Below, piece after piece: positions 16,651-30,726 of a stretch of 64,000 nt of DNA. The DNA comes from the human T2T-CHM13v2.0 reference genome, Homo sapiens. The notes beneath the pieces were generated by a model. It saw only the letters and a list, made by a program, of their open reading frames with translations. It was not told the origin of the DNA and did no database searches. The DNA is taken from assembly GCF_009914755.1 (NCBI RefSeq), contig NC_060933.1. One strand, written 5' to 3'. The translations under genes were made by a program, and so were the position numbers. The first letter of the stretch is position 1; every line of letters starts with the position of its first letter.

Positions 16651-17929
16651 TATATTTGTTTTTTTTCTTACATTTTTATTTCAAAATCTAAGGACATCTT
16701 ATAACCCAGAAATATTTTTTATACCTTGTCATGTCTTAGAGGAAAGAGCCACCCCAGTCTTTTTTCATTGATGTTTTTCTTCTCTCTTCGTACTCCAGAG
16801 GTAGATGAAAACCAGAGGGCCACAATGACCATGGTGATGCCTGAGGTCATTCTGGGGCACAGACCTCAGCCTAGGTTACTCCACTTCGCCTATCTTTAGA
16901 TCCAAAACTACCCTGCTGACTGCTGAGATAAACAAAGGAGAATAATCAGGTTGGGGAAAGGATTTCTATGCGAAGACATGTCTCCATGCAGTCCTCCTAC
17001 ACTGAGCAGAGCATGAGTCAGGTGCTTAGAGCAGGATTTTGTCCTAAACCAGGAACTTCAGAGTTTTCTGAAGAATGTGGCTATGTAAAGCACCCCCCCA
17101 CCCCACCCTTACTTCTCAAGTACATTACGTGGCAAGTCTGAAAAAACTTACACTTCTGTTGTTAAATGTGGGGGATAAAATATAAACTTAGTTTCAAGAG
17201 GAAGCTATCTTGGGAGGTAATGCAAATAATTCGTTGTGTGTTTCCTGAATAAGTGACAGGTGCTGACTACCATTGATGCTTCATTGCAATAAAATGCAAA
17301 GCTCCCCCAAGAATTTTTGAAATGCATCAAGCTAGGTGTTCTAATCTAGCAAAAGGACCTGCATACATGAATTTTTCATGCTTTTGCCAAGTCTTTTGCC
17401 CTTTAGTTTAGTTAAGGGCCCCACATGAATGGAAAGCCTGTGTTGTCAGCTTAATTTTGTAGTTGTGGAAACCTTCCAGTTTTCTCCTTTGTCTAATACC
17501 TTCAGGAGTTCAATCCTAGGTTGAAGCTTAATTTAATAACCATGTGGCATGTAAAGTAGAAAACAAAACATCTTTTCCTTAGCATACAGCAAAAAAAAAA
17601 AAAAAACTCACTCATGGATGTAGTGTACACATGCCAGTGGATATATAGTCATAACTGCAGTCATTGGTAGCACAGAAATAAATGTGCATTGAAGACACAG
17701 AGATGAATTTGAATTCCGGTTCCATGAGCTACCATTCTTTGACCTTGGGCAAGTTGCATCACTTCTTTGAGCCTCAGTTTCCCCATCTGTAAAATGTGGA
17801 TAGCAACATCTACCTCGCAGAGTTGCTGGGAGAATCAGATGAAATGATGGGCTAGCCCAGTGTCTGACTTACTGTGTTTAAGAAATATCAACTATTACGC
17901 TACTTCCCAGTGACAGTCCAAATGCAGAC

Positions 17930-18310
17930 CAGTGTTATAACTCTACTTCTCAAACATTAATGTGCATGCAAATCACCGTGACCTTCTTAAAATGCAGATC
18001 CTGATTCCCTAGGTCTGGGGAAGGCTTGAAATTCTACATTTCTACCTAGCTTCCAGGTGAAGTTGAGGACAACACTTTGAAGGCAAGGTGGTAAAAGACG
18101 CTTGCACGTGCAAATGTTACTTTGTGTAACTAATGGTTCGCAATACTGTCTGCACTTTAGAAGCTCCCAGGAAAAGAAAATCTTTAATGATGCTGACCTC
18201 ATCTCCAAAATAATGTAATTTTAACAGATCCAAAGTAGTGCCTGGGCATTAGTGTGTTTTAAAAGCCTCCCAGGTGATTCCAATGTTAGCCAAGATTGAG
18301 GCCCTCTGCT
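17930..18310. mobile_element. MER5-type hAT DNA transposon fragments
   Basis: ttaaaatgcagatcctgattccctaggtctggg and aagcctcccaggtgattccaatg motifs. Confidence 0.6.
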
Positions 18311-20839
18311 TAGTGAATCTAATTTGCAGCTGGGCTTGAGAAAAAACCTCTTCATAGAATTGTTTGCATCAGTGTCTTGATTGCCTCTGTAACTTACAAT
18401 AAGCAAGAATGTTTCAGGATTTCAAAAATCTATTGCATTGCCTAAACCTCTTATTTTGTATGGAGTAATCAAGCTCAAAGTTTGCATGTCTTAGAAACTT
18501 TACTTGGGGCAAAATTAGACCAAGTAACAATTAATCTTCTAGGTATTCTGAGCTATTCAGACATATGATTCATGTTTGCTAATTGCTCTTTTCTCTTGTA
18601 AATATTAGCTGAAAAATGTCACCTGTCTGACAAGTAGCATATTTTATGCCTATCACTCCTGGCACGCATTCTTACAAGGCAGACAGGAAAAATAGGAAGA
18701 AAATGGACTTTTATCAAAGGCCCAGGCAGTAAAGAGGGGAGTTCTGCTGTAAGCTAAGGGGAGTTCCAGAGGAAGTTATAGGCGTTCCCTTTCTTATGAC
18801 AAGAAAGCATAGTGCAGTAAATAAATTTGCTAAATAGATTCAACAGTCTCTACCCAAAGTCATCTATTTAATTCTTGTTGTTATGCAGACTCAGCAACTA
18901 ACCTTCCTTGTAAGCCCCATTTTCTTCCCTGTTTCCTGTTTATCAAATGTAATTAAACAAGAGAAGTATTATAGAAGAGTAAAAGTAGTAGGTAATTCTT
19001 GAACTTGGCATATGATTACTACATATTTGATGAATAGTTGAATATTATTCTTCAAGGACAGATTGGATTTGGTATCAGGTGGCTCTGCATTAAGTTATAA
19101 GGGACTTAATAACTCAAGTATTTAAGGACGGCTTCCATCATAAAGGGATCTGCCCTTAAGAGGGTCCCATTATGGAGATTCTGAGGTGAGAGCTATTCCA
19201 AGTGTGCAGTGGATTAAAATAAAAGAATCATACAGGAAATCTCTTTTTACATGCCTTATTCCAGGGTCTTTGCAACCTGGCACAGCAAGTGCAGATATGA
19301 TTAGCATTGTTTTACACATGTACACTCACCTTATAGCCCTGCCCCTGTGCCCCTCCTGCACAAAAGAATGCTGGGCACACGTGAACTCCTCTCTGTAGAA
19401 AGGCACATTAATGTTCTAGCCATGGTTAAAACAGGGATAGAGGCAAGCCAAAAATGTCGGTCATTTGAAATAAATCTCAAGTTTGTGCATATCACTATCA
19501 AGTGTGCTGTGTGGCAATTAAGAATGCCAATTTGTGTGATCACAGGCAAGTTGCAGTTTGATGAAAGGAAAGCAGAGGTGAATATATAACCAGGGTCATC
19601 CTTTCTTTCTCCCTCTCTCTCTTTCTGTCATTTATTTGCCAAGCTCTTAACTAGAACTTGCTATGTGCTAGGTACTGGATATATCAAAGCAAACTCAGCC
19701 TGGTCTTTGCCTTCAAAGATTTGCAGGATAGTGGGAAGAAAAACTTGAATCAGAGGACATCTGCAGTGGGAATCATTCAAGCAGCAGAAAACCCAAAAGT
19801 TACTTATACTGTGAAATCTGATCAGAGAATGGACTGTCCTGGTTAGTAAAATATCCTGGAGGATAAAGATTGGCCATGCATTCCACATATGAATTACCAC
19901 TTTCCCAAGAATTAAAACATGGTACGAAAGAAAGGAACGAACATTTGCTGAGTGCCTACTGCCTGCCAGATCTAGGCACTTCACATGCAACACCTCGTCC
20001 AGCCTCCACCACAATACTGAGAGGTAGAGTTCAACCTCATTTTATAGATAAAGAGGCTGAAGCTCATAAAGATTAAAGGACGGACTCACAGTCAAAGGAC
20101 TCCTAATCCTGAGTCAGCATTTGAACCCAGGCTCACCTGTCACTATATCCTATGCTCTTCCGTATCACATTTTATACTGAAACAACTTCTGGAATAGCTA
20201 ATGCTTAGAAGCAGCTCCCAAATATTTGTTGAATGAATGATTTGATTGAATGAATGAATAAATGAATGAAGCAAGCTCTACTGAACATAATTTGATCTAA
20301 TCTTCTGTGATTATTCAGAAACTACTTCAAGATTTTCCTATACCTCCATCATAATGAATACCCATTCATTAATGATGGAAGCAGCCTAATTTTGTCATTT
20401 TTCACACTTTATTGATGTAACACTACCTTTACTAGTTTGGCCACTCCTTATGCTTTTTTTATAGAACTATTTAGATCAATTCAACTTTTAAAAAATAAAG
20501 CCACATACCCCTGTGGTAGATGAAAAACAAGTATCATTTGCACTGGTAAATAGAGAATAGGAAGAAAAATAAATGCAGTGAAAATAAAGCAGTGTTATCA
20601 AATCCTACCCAGATACTGTTATCTACCCGGAAGCTTCCTGTTTGATTAAAAGGAAAAATAGCCAGTGTTAGAGGTGTGGAAGTCTAGTTGAAATTATATG
20701 CAATTGAAGGATTAAAATAGAATTGAAAAGGGAATAAATTCCTCTCTGAATAATTTAACTCCCTTTAGGCTTTGATTCTGCCTCATCTAAAATCATCTTA
20801 CATACTTCTAGTGGCGTGTCCCTCACATTTTGGTAAACT

Positions 20840-21330
20840 CTGAGTGGAAACTACGGATTTTGTAGTCAAACATCTGACTGGCTCTGGATTTTAACTTTAC
20901 TAACATATGTCCTGAAGTGAACTGCTTGGAGCCAGTTTCCTCAACTATATAACCATAATGACAAAACAGGTTTCACGGTCATGTTTTCAGTATTAAACAA
21001 TATAGTTAAAAGTACCTAGCACAGTGCCTGGCATAGAACATACTAGATATACATTAAGTATCAGTTCCATTTTTCCTTTCCCTTTATTGTCAGAAAATAG
21101 AAAGCATCTACAGTGGGCTTGTATGATGTGGTGGTTAGAAATACCTGATCTGATTCTGGCTGTGCAATCTTGGGCAAGTTACTTAACCTTTTTGTGCCTC
21201 ATTGTTGTTTTCTGAAAAAAAGGATAGAATATTATTACCTACCTTGCTGGCTTCTGGGAAGAAGCTCAGTGAGACGATGTGTTAGCAGAGTGTCTGACAA
21301 TTGTAAGAATTCAACAAGTAATAGTTATTA
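20840..21330 (+). mobile_element. Two MIR elements
   Basis: MIR core text (tgggcaagttacttaacct, cagtttcctc, agcacagtgcctggcatag). Confidence 0.65.
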
Positions 21331-21861
21331 TTACCATCACTGGTGAGAGGAAGTGATACCTGGCACAAAAATATATGGATTAATCAATATGGATTGAGGG
21401 AAACAAACCTGGAGAATAGGATGTGAAGGTATTTAAGTAACATGAGCTCAGACCTTGATGGTAGGGAAGTCGAAAGGAAGCATTTTGTTCTTATATGACA
21501 GATGACCTGGAATGACTGCAGGGCTTGGGGGGTCAGGGACTGGAGGTGGGAGAGGCCTCTGAGAGCAAGCAGTGCTGTCCACCAGAAGCTCTTGCTGGGG
21601 TGCCCAGAGAGGAGCAAAGGGCAGTCAGCTGCACAGGAGGGAATGTTTGGAGGAGAGAGCCACCTCAGATCAGCGGGTCAAGAATCCCACTCTTGCCCAG
21701 ATGGATGGGGCAAAGGAGAAAAAGGATTCGCCACGGGAATGTCCAGATAAGACAGGTGCCTTTTGGAAAATGGGGGTGAGATGGGTCTCAGGTTACACTT
21801 CGTAAGAACTGGAATGTAAAGTAAAGGCAGACAATGACAAAATATCTTGTTTTCTTTTCAG

Positions 21862-22167
21862 CTTTATTCACAGTGACAGTCCCTAAGGAACTGTACATAA
21901 TAGAGCATGGCAGCAATGTGACCCTGGAATGCAACTTTGACACTGGAAGTCATGTGAACCTTGGAGCAATAACAGCCAGTTTGCAAAAGGTGGAAAATGA
22001 TACATCCCCACACCGTGAAAGAGCCACTTTGCTGGAGGAGCAGCTGCCCCTAGGGAAGGCCTCGTTCCACATACCTCAAGTCCAAGTGAGGGACGAAGGA
22101 CAGTACCAATGCATAATCATCTATGGGGTCGCCTGGGACTACAAGTACCTGACTCTGAAAGTCAAAG
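21862..22167 (+). CDS. PDCD1LG2: PD-L2 exon 3: IgV domain (PD-1 binding)
   Basis: Acceptor ttttcttttcag|CT; encodes [11 protein letters not shown]...LEC...DEGQYQC...[12 protein letters not shown] with the Ig Cys pair and NVT/NDT sequons; donor AAAG|gtgagt; 306 nt, phase 1-1. Confidence 0.99.
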
Positions 22168-24596
22168 GTGAGTGGTGTCAAGGACTAGAATCCATGGAAG
22201 CATCTCTCCAACAGAGGATCTGCAAGTCACAGAAACCCATTAAAGGTAGCTCAAGCAAAAACAAGCAGGCTGCTTTTAAGGAGACAGCTATTTCAGAGAA
22301 AATGAAAGCATCTGCTCGGAAATAATTTTTGACATCTGAGTACAAAGCAGCCGAAGTACAAGTGAAAGGGGGTAGGACCTATAGGAATAAAATGGGACTG
22401 GAGGAAGCCAGGAAAATTAGTCCCTGAAATGTGGGAGGGTATGAAAAATAAGCTTTGCCTAATTCACAATTCTCCCATGGAACATCCCTGACTTGATTAT
22501 TAAGATACTCTTTTTCAATAGTTTATACCCTGAATCCAGAGTTTTTAAAACCATGGTTTGCCGCCCATTCATGGATTAAAATATCAATTTAGTGAGTAGC
22601 AACCAGATGCACGTTTCCCGCCCTTTAAAAAATAATGTATAGAAGAGAATAGACAGAGTAGATCAGACGACATCACAGAGTAGGACTGAGTACTGTAAAA
22701 CTAATTTCTGAGGGACGTGTGTGTGTGTGTGCGTGTTGGGTCATGGTATAAATTTTTTTTTTCTTACTTTGGATCATAAAAAGTTACAAGTTTGGAAAAC
22801 ACTGCTCAAATGCAAGCCCTATTTATTGCAGATGAAGTAGCTGAGATCCAGAGAAGGGAAGTGGGTAGCCCAAGAGAGTCCCATGAAGTCTATAGCTGTC
22901 CCTATTCCTCTGGATTCAGGGATCTCTCCACTCCAGCACAATTGAAAATCTAAATATAAAGAGAATCTTCACACTCTTGTTTGTTCTAGAAAAGGTGATT
23001 TGAGGAAAGACATATAACAACTATAAAAAATAGATTTTGCTTGTTCATTGGCTTATGGTCTCCAGGCTTGAATGCTCTGAGATAAATGATGCCAATATTT
23101 CTCTGGCCTCTTCCCCTCCCACGCATTGGACCTCAGATGGTCTGTACTGTCTTCTAGAGGGTTTGTGGGTTTTGGCCCCAAAAAACCATTAACCTTGGCA
23201 GAAAGTGTGTGACTTTATGATCTGGTACAAAGAAGGACAAACTAGAGGGACTGGACATGAGGATGAATATTGTGTTCGCCCTTATCCTTGGGCAGGTTAT
23301 TTTGCCTTTCATAACCTCACATTTTGCTTATTTGTAGAAGACGAACAATAGTAGTACCAAACACACAGGATTGTTGTCAACATTGAGAGAGATAATGAAC
23401 ATAAAGAACTGAGCATGGTACCCGGCATATAATAAGTGTCCAGAGACTTGGTTAAAAGACCCTCAGTTGTTACAGGGGCAGTGACCTCCTCACACCTCAA
23501 CCATCAATGAGTCACCAGGAAAGCCATTAGCCTAGATGTAACTGTTTTCTATCTTTATTGCATTTCCTACATCCAGGCAGCAGCTGGGAGGAACTCTAGA
23601 ACACTGAAGTTTGTCTGAGTTCCCTTAATGTAAGGCTGTACATTCTCAGGATGCCTTGATGTACTCGAATATCTGCAACCCTAAATCACCACCTCTGTTT
23701 TTATTGATCTCTATCTGAATGCTGTATTAATGGGCCAGGCCTTCTGCCCATTCTCTCAAACTGAGAACTGTCTCTCATTCCTGGGGAGGCACCCTGCCTA
23801 CTCCTTACCTAGATCAGGGATTTCTCAGTTGTGGAGAGATTTGTTCCTTATAGTGTTGGTCATCAAACTGGGATATTTGGGGATTACAAAGACTTTTCAA
23901 GGGATGTATGGGCACAGGCAGTTTTAGGAAGTGAGTTCCTAGATCCTCATCTTCCCCAAATACTCGTTCCCAAAATTGACGAGCCTGACAATGTGCATGC
24001 CAGGCAAGGCTCTTGGGGTTCCCCTAAAACACTTCCTCTTTTAAGCCTACCACTCACTCATCATGAATATAGTCCATTGTCCCAGGGTGTAAAACCCTCT
24101 ATAGTGTTAAATAAAAGAATGATTGGGAACATTGACACCTGATGGAACTGTTATGACTAAAAACCCTTTTGCAAATAATGTGGTATCTAATTTTCTGCTT
24201 TCAACAAAATTGAAGGAGGCCCTTATAAAGTTAATAACTGATAATCAAAAATGAGTAATTTTTGCCATGTAAATCAGGTCAAAGAATGAAATGGCATTGC
24301 TGTAACGAAACTGCTTCCATTCCCATTGATTTACTCATACGAACAAGATTCCTTAGCCTTTATAAGCTACAAAAAAATGAAAAATAGAAATAGAATTGAG
24401 GCTGAATTCTATTATATAAAATCATTCCAACCATGTCATATGGTTCTTCGGATTCATGAATAATTTGGAAAAGAGAGCCATATCCATCTTATTAAGGGAC
24501 ACATTCCCAATAAATTTTCATCTTTCATGTTTAATAATTATCAATATTCATAACATTTTACATTTTGATCAAATATGTGTTAATAATAATAGAAAT

Positions 24597-25002
24597 AAAT
24601 GTCCAACAACGATAGACTGGATTAAGAAAATGTGGCACGTATACACCATAGAATACTATGCAGCCATAAAAAATGATGAGTTCATGTCCTTCGTAGGGAC
24701 ATGGATGAAGCTGGAAACCATCATTCTCAGCAAACTATCCCAAGGACAAAAAACCAAACACCGCATGTTCTCACTCATAGGTGGGAATTGAACAATGAGA
24801 ACACATGGACACAGGGAGGGGAACATCACACACTGGGGACTGTTGTGTGGTCGGGGGAGGGGAGAGGGATAGCATTAGGAGATATACCTAATGTTTAATG
24901 ACAAGTTAATGGGTGCAGCACACCAATATGGCACATGTATACATATGTAACAAACCTGCACGTTGTGCACATGTACCCTAAAACTTACTGTTAAAAAAAA
25001 AA
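24597..25002 (+). mobile_element. 5'-truncated L1PA 3' end
   Basis: Encodes DWIKKMWHVYTIEYYAAIK...MFSLIGGN, then an L1PA 3' UTR and poly(A). Confidence 0.93.
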
Positions 25003-25520
25003 ATTAGATCTTAATGCGGAACACCCTGAACATTTAAAGCTTCATAGTCACAAGAGAAAAGTTTTCATTTCAATAGCTATAAATATTTTGTTGTTGTAAA
25101 GACATATAACGATAATCAATACAAAATCTGTCAAACAAAAATATGTTACATTAAGATAAAATTCTGTAGGGAAGGTGAAATTGGAAGTGAGTTTCAATGA
25201 ATGAAAAGAAACAATTTAGACAGAGAAGAATTTTTTCATTTAATAATTTATTTATTTTTACTTAGAAGGAATTGAATAGATTAGGTTCCTTACCCAAAAA
25301 GCCTCTGTTATTTGTCTTATTTATTTATTCTCTTTTTTCCACATTCTCCAGTCTCATTCCCCTTTTTTAACACAGGAAATTATTCCAGCATGTTTCATAC
25401 ATATTCTTTTGTTTGTAAGAGCTTATTTAAAATATGTAATATTGTTTTAGATGCATATATTTTTTTTCTTGTGGAAACTATATTGTACTATATATATATA
25501 TTTTAGAAATGGACACATTA

Positions 25521-25861
<341 letters not shown>

Positions 25862-26974
25862 TTACAAGCAATAACAGATATAACAGCAGAAAAAATTGTG
25901 AAGTTATGTGCACCTTCTTTTGAGATCATTTTTTTGGGTATATGTGAATGTATTTTATCTTTTTTTAATTGACAATAATTGTACTTATTTATGGGATACA
26001 TAGTGATGTTTCAATATATACAATGTATAGTGATCAGATCGGGGTAATTAGCATATTTATCATCTCAAATATTTATTATTTCTTTGTGTTGAGAACATTC
26101 AATGTACCCCTTCTGGCTATTTGAAGCTATATACTGTTGTTAAATATTTATATGTATTTTTCAAGGATAATGTTGTATATAAAAGATAACTTCTTTTATA
26201 TTTAGTCACCTTTGGATACATATGTAAGAGTAAAATAATTGTTTTACTAAAAAAATTCATAAGATGCTGAACATTATATGTTTTTCCAGTATAGAAACTT
26301 ATGAAAAATTATAAGAATCAACTTAATAGGTGAGAAGAGCATACTGCATCATACTTATTTTAGGAGGAATACAAGCAAAAAAAAAGTTGGACCATCACCT
26401 AAGAGTAGGCTACCCTGATCCAGGGTCTCTAAAAGAAGCAAGATAGATCTGAGGCCCCAATGAGGGTTCCCATGAATGAAGTAGGACTAGAAGAAGGACA
26501 TGTTTTTATCTTAAAGTGCCTGATCCATGGCATAAAGCTTGAAAATGGGTTTGTTTATAGCACCTTCGTTGATGTCTGGGCAGAAATTCTTATCAAATAT
26601 AATGAAAAGAGTTAATTTCAAAAGGACAGAACAAATTATGAGGTGGAATGACCGGAGATTCTGGAAGAGACAGTGATAAAGGACTGTGGTTTCTGAAAAG
26701 CCAGGTGGCACCTACATTTCTGGGGGCAATCCATCTGAGGAAGGGGCGGGAGCATGGCCAAAGAACAGAGAGGCCCCAGGAGCCCAGGGGTCTCTCAGAG
26801 GAGCTGGGGTTGAGAACTGGTCTGTGCAAAGGTTTCCAGACAGGGTTGCAGAGGAGGCACTAAAAACAAGAACACCAAGAGCCAAACCATCCTGAAGGCC
26901 TGGGCAGGGCAGGGGGATGGGAAGAGCCAACACCAGGAATGGGCTGAAGCTGACAGAAGTACTTCAAACCAGAA

Positions 26975-29900
26975 ACAATGAATTTAAACTATGCCCTACC
27001 ACAAATAGACTTAACAGATATTTACAGAACATTCTACCCAACAATCGCAGAATATACATTCTATTCATCAGCATATGGAACATTCTCCAAGATAGACTAT
27101 ATAGTAGGCCACAAAACAAGTCTCCATAAATTTAAGAAAATCAAAATTATATCAAGTACTCTCTTAGATCACAGTGGAGTAAAACTGGAAATAAACTCCA
27201 AAAGGAACCTTCAAAACCATGCAATTACATGGAAGTTAAATAATGAGTGATCATTGGGTGAACAATGAAATCAAGATAGAAATTTAAAAACTCTTTGAAC
27301 TGAACGATAATAGTGACACAACCTATCAAAACTCTGGGATACAGCAAAAGCAGTGCTAAGAGAAACATTCATAGCATTAAATGCCTACATCAAAAAGTCT
27401 GAAAGAGCACAAATAGGCAATCTAAGGTCACACCTCCTGGAGCTGGAGAAACAAGAACAATCCAAACCCAAACCCAGCAGAAGAAAAGAAATTACAAAGA
27501 TCAGGGCAGAACTAAATGAAATTGAAACAAAAAAAATACAAAAGAGAAATGAAACAAAAATCTGGTTATTTGAAAAGATAAATAAAATTGATAACCAAGA
27601 AAAGAAGAGAGAAGATCCAAATAATCTCAATTAGAAATGAAATGGAGATATTACTACTCATATCACAGAAATACAAAAGATTATTCAAGGCCACTATGAA
27701 CACCTTTACACGTACAAACTAGAAAAGCTAGAGGAGATGGATACATTCCTGGAAATATACAACCCTTCGATTAAACCAGAAAGATATAGGAACTATAAAC
27801 AGATCAATAACAAGCAGCAAGATTGAATGGTAACTTTTAAAATTGTCAACAAAAAAAAATCCAGGACCAGACAGATTCATAGCTGAATTCTATCAGACAT
27901 TCAAAGAAGAATTGGTACCAATTCTATTGACACTATTCCATGGGATAGAGAAAGAGGGAATCCTCCCTAAATCATTCTATGAAGCCAGTAGCACCCTAAT
28001 ACAAAAACCAGGGAAGGACATAACAAAAAAAGAAAACTACAGGCCAGTATCCCTGATGAACATAGATGTAAAAATCCTCAACAAAATACTAGCTAACCAA
28101 ATCCAACAGCATATCAAAAAGATAATCCACCATGATCAAGTGGGTTTTACACCAGGGATGCAGGGATGGTTTAACATCCACAAGTTAATAAATGTGATAC
28201 ACCACACAAACAGAATTAAAAACAAAAATCACATGATCATCTCAATAGATTCAGAAAAAGCATTTGACAAAATCTAACATCCTTTATGATTAAAACCCTC
28301 AGCAAAATTAGCACAGAAGGAACATATCTTAAGGTAATAAAAGCTAACTACGACAAACCCACAGCCAACATTATGCTGAATGGGGAAAAGTTGAAAGCAT
28401 TTTCCCTGAGAATTGGAACAAGACAAGACACTTTCACCACTTTTATTCAGCATAGTACTGGAAGTCCTGGCCAGAGCACTCAAAGAGAAAGAAATAAAGG
28501 GCATCCAAATTGGTAAAGAGGAAGTCAAACTGTTGCTGTTTGCTGATGATATGATCATATACCTAGAAAACCCTAAGGATTCATCTTGAAAGCTCCTAGA
28601 ACTGGTAAACAAATTCAGCAAAGTTTCAGGATACAAAATTAATGTACACAAATCAGTAGCTCTGCTATACACCAACATCAACCAATAGCTGCAAAAATAA
28701 AATAAAATACTTAGGAATATACCTAACGAAGGACATGAAAGACCTCTACAAGGAAAACTACAAATCACTACTGAAAGAAATCACAGATGACACAAACAAA
28801 TGGAAACACATCCCATGTTCATGAATAGGTACAATCAATATTGTGAAAATGACCATACTTTGTAGATTGCAAAAGCAATCTACAAAGTCAATGCAATCCC
28901 CATCAAAATACTACCATCATTCTTCACAAAAGTAGAAAAAGAAATCCTAAAATTCATATGGAACCAAAAAAGAGCCCACATAGCCAAAGCAAGGAAGACT
29001 AAGCAAAAAGAACAAACCTGGAGGCATCACATTGCCTAACTTCAAACCATACTATAACACCATAGTCACCAAAACAGCATAATACTAGTATAAAAATAGG
29101 CACATAGACCAATGGAACAAAACGGAGAACCTAGGAATAAAGCCAAATACTTATAGCCAACTGATCTTTGACAAAGCAAACAAAAACATAAAGTGGGGAA
29201 AGTACATCCTATTCAACAAACGGTGCTGGGATAATTGGCTAGCCACATGGAGAAGAATAAACTGGATCCTCATATCTTACCTTATAAAAAATCAACTCAA
29301 GATGGATCAAAGACTTAAATCTAAGACCTGAAACCATAACGATTCTAGAAGATAACATCGAAAAAGCCCTTCTAGACATTAGCTTAGGCAAAGACTTCGT
29401 GACCAAGAACCCAAAAGCAAATGCAACAAAGACAAAGGTAAATAGATAAATAGGGACTTAATTAAACTAAAAAGCTTCTGCACAGCAAAAGAAATAATCA
29501 GCAGAGTTAACAGACAACCCACAGAGTGGGAGAAAATCTTCACAATCTATACATCTGACAAAGGACTAATATCCAGAATCTACAAGGTATGCAAATAAAT
29601 CAGCAAGAAAAAAACAAACGATCCCATCAAAAAATGGGCTAAGGACATGAATAGACAATTCTCACAAGGAGATACACAAATGACCAACGAGCATATGGAA
29701 AAATGCTCAACATCACTAATTCTCAGGGAAATGCAAATCAAAACCACACTGCGATACCACCTTACTCCTGCAAGAATGGCCATAACAAAAAAATAATAGA
29801 TGTTGGCATGGATGTGGTGAAAAGAAACACTCTTACACTGTTGGTGGGAATGTAAACTAGTACAACCACTATGGAAAACAGTGTGGAGATTCCTTTAAAA

Positions 29901-30374
29901 ACTAAAAGTAGATCTACCATTTGATCCAGCAATCCCACTACTAGGTATTTACCCAAAGGAAAAGAAGTCATTATACAAAAAAAAGATACTTGCACACGCA
30001 TTTTTATAGCAGCACAATTTGCAATTGCAAATATATGGAACCAGCCCAAATGCCCATCAATCAGTGAGTGGATAAAGAAAATGTGGTATATATATTATAC
30101 ATACATATATATATGCATATTATATATATACACCATGGAATACTACTTAGCTATGAAAAGGAATGAAATCATAGCATTTGCAGCATCCTGGATGGAATTA
30201 GAGACTATTATTCTAAGTGAAGTAACTCAGGAATGTAAAACCAAACATTGTATGCTCTCACTCATAAGTGCGAGCTAAGCTATGAGGATGGAAAGGCATA
30301 AGAATGATACAATGGACTTTCAGGACTTAGGGGAAAGGATGGTTGGGGGTGAGAGATAAAAAACTCCACATTTG
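26975..30374 (+). mobile_element. L1 (L1PB-like) with degraded ORF2 (endonuclease C-terminus, RT, C-terminal domain); 3' end missing
   Basis: ORF fragments [45 protein letters not shown]; RT motif FADD at 28539-28550; multiple stops and frameshifts. Confidence 0.95.

Positions 30375-30726
<352 letters not shown>

Noticed and set aside
21834-21861. ATG at 21834 as the start of a 163-aa protein
   Set aside because: It lies in the polypyrimidine tract of the exon 3 acceptor; the true N-terminus comes from exon 2.
26600-26975. Purine- and GC-rich segment with short ORFs and a partial CTCF-like motif (CCAGGTGGCAC) before the L1
   Set aside because: No recognisable protein similarity in the frames examined and an incomplete motif; I cannot support a pseudogene or insulator call.
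26978-28516. Endonuclease/RT-like ORFs as an active element or new gene
   Set aside because: Fragmented L1 ORF2 with many stops and frameshifts, no ORF1 and no promoter.
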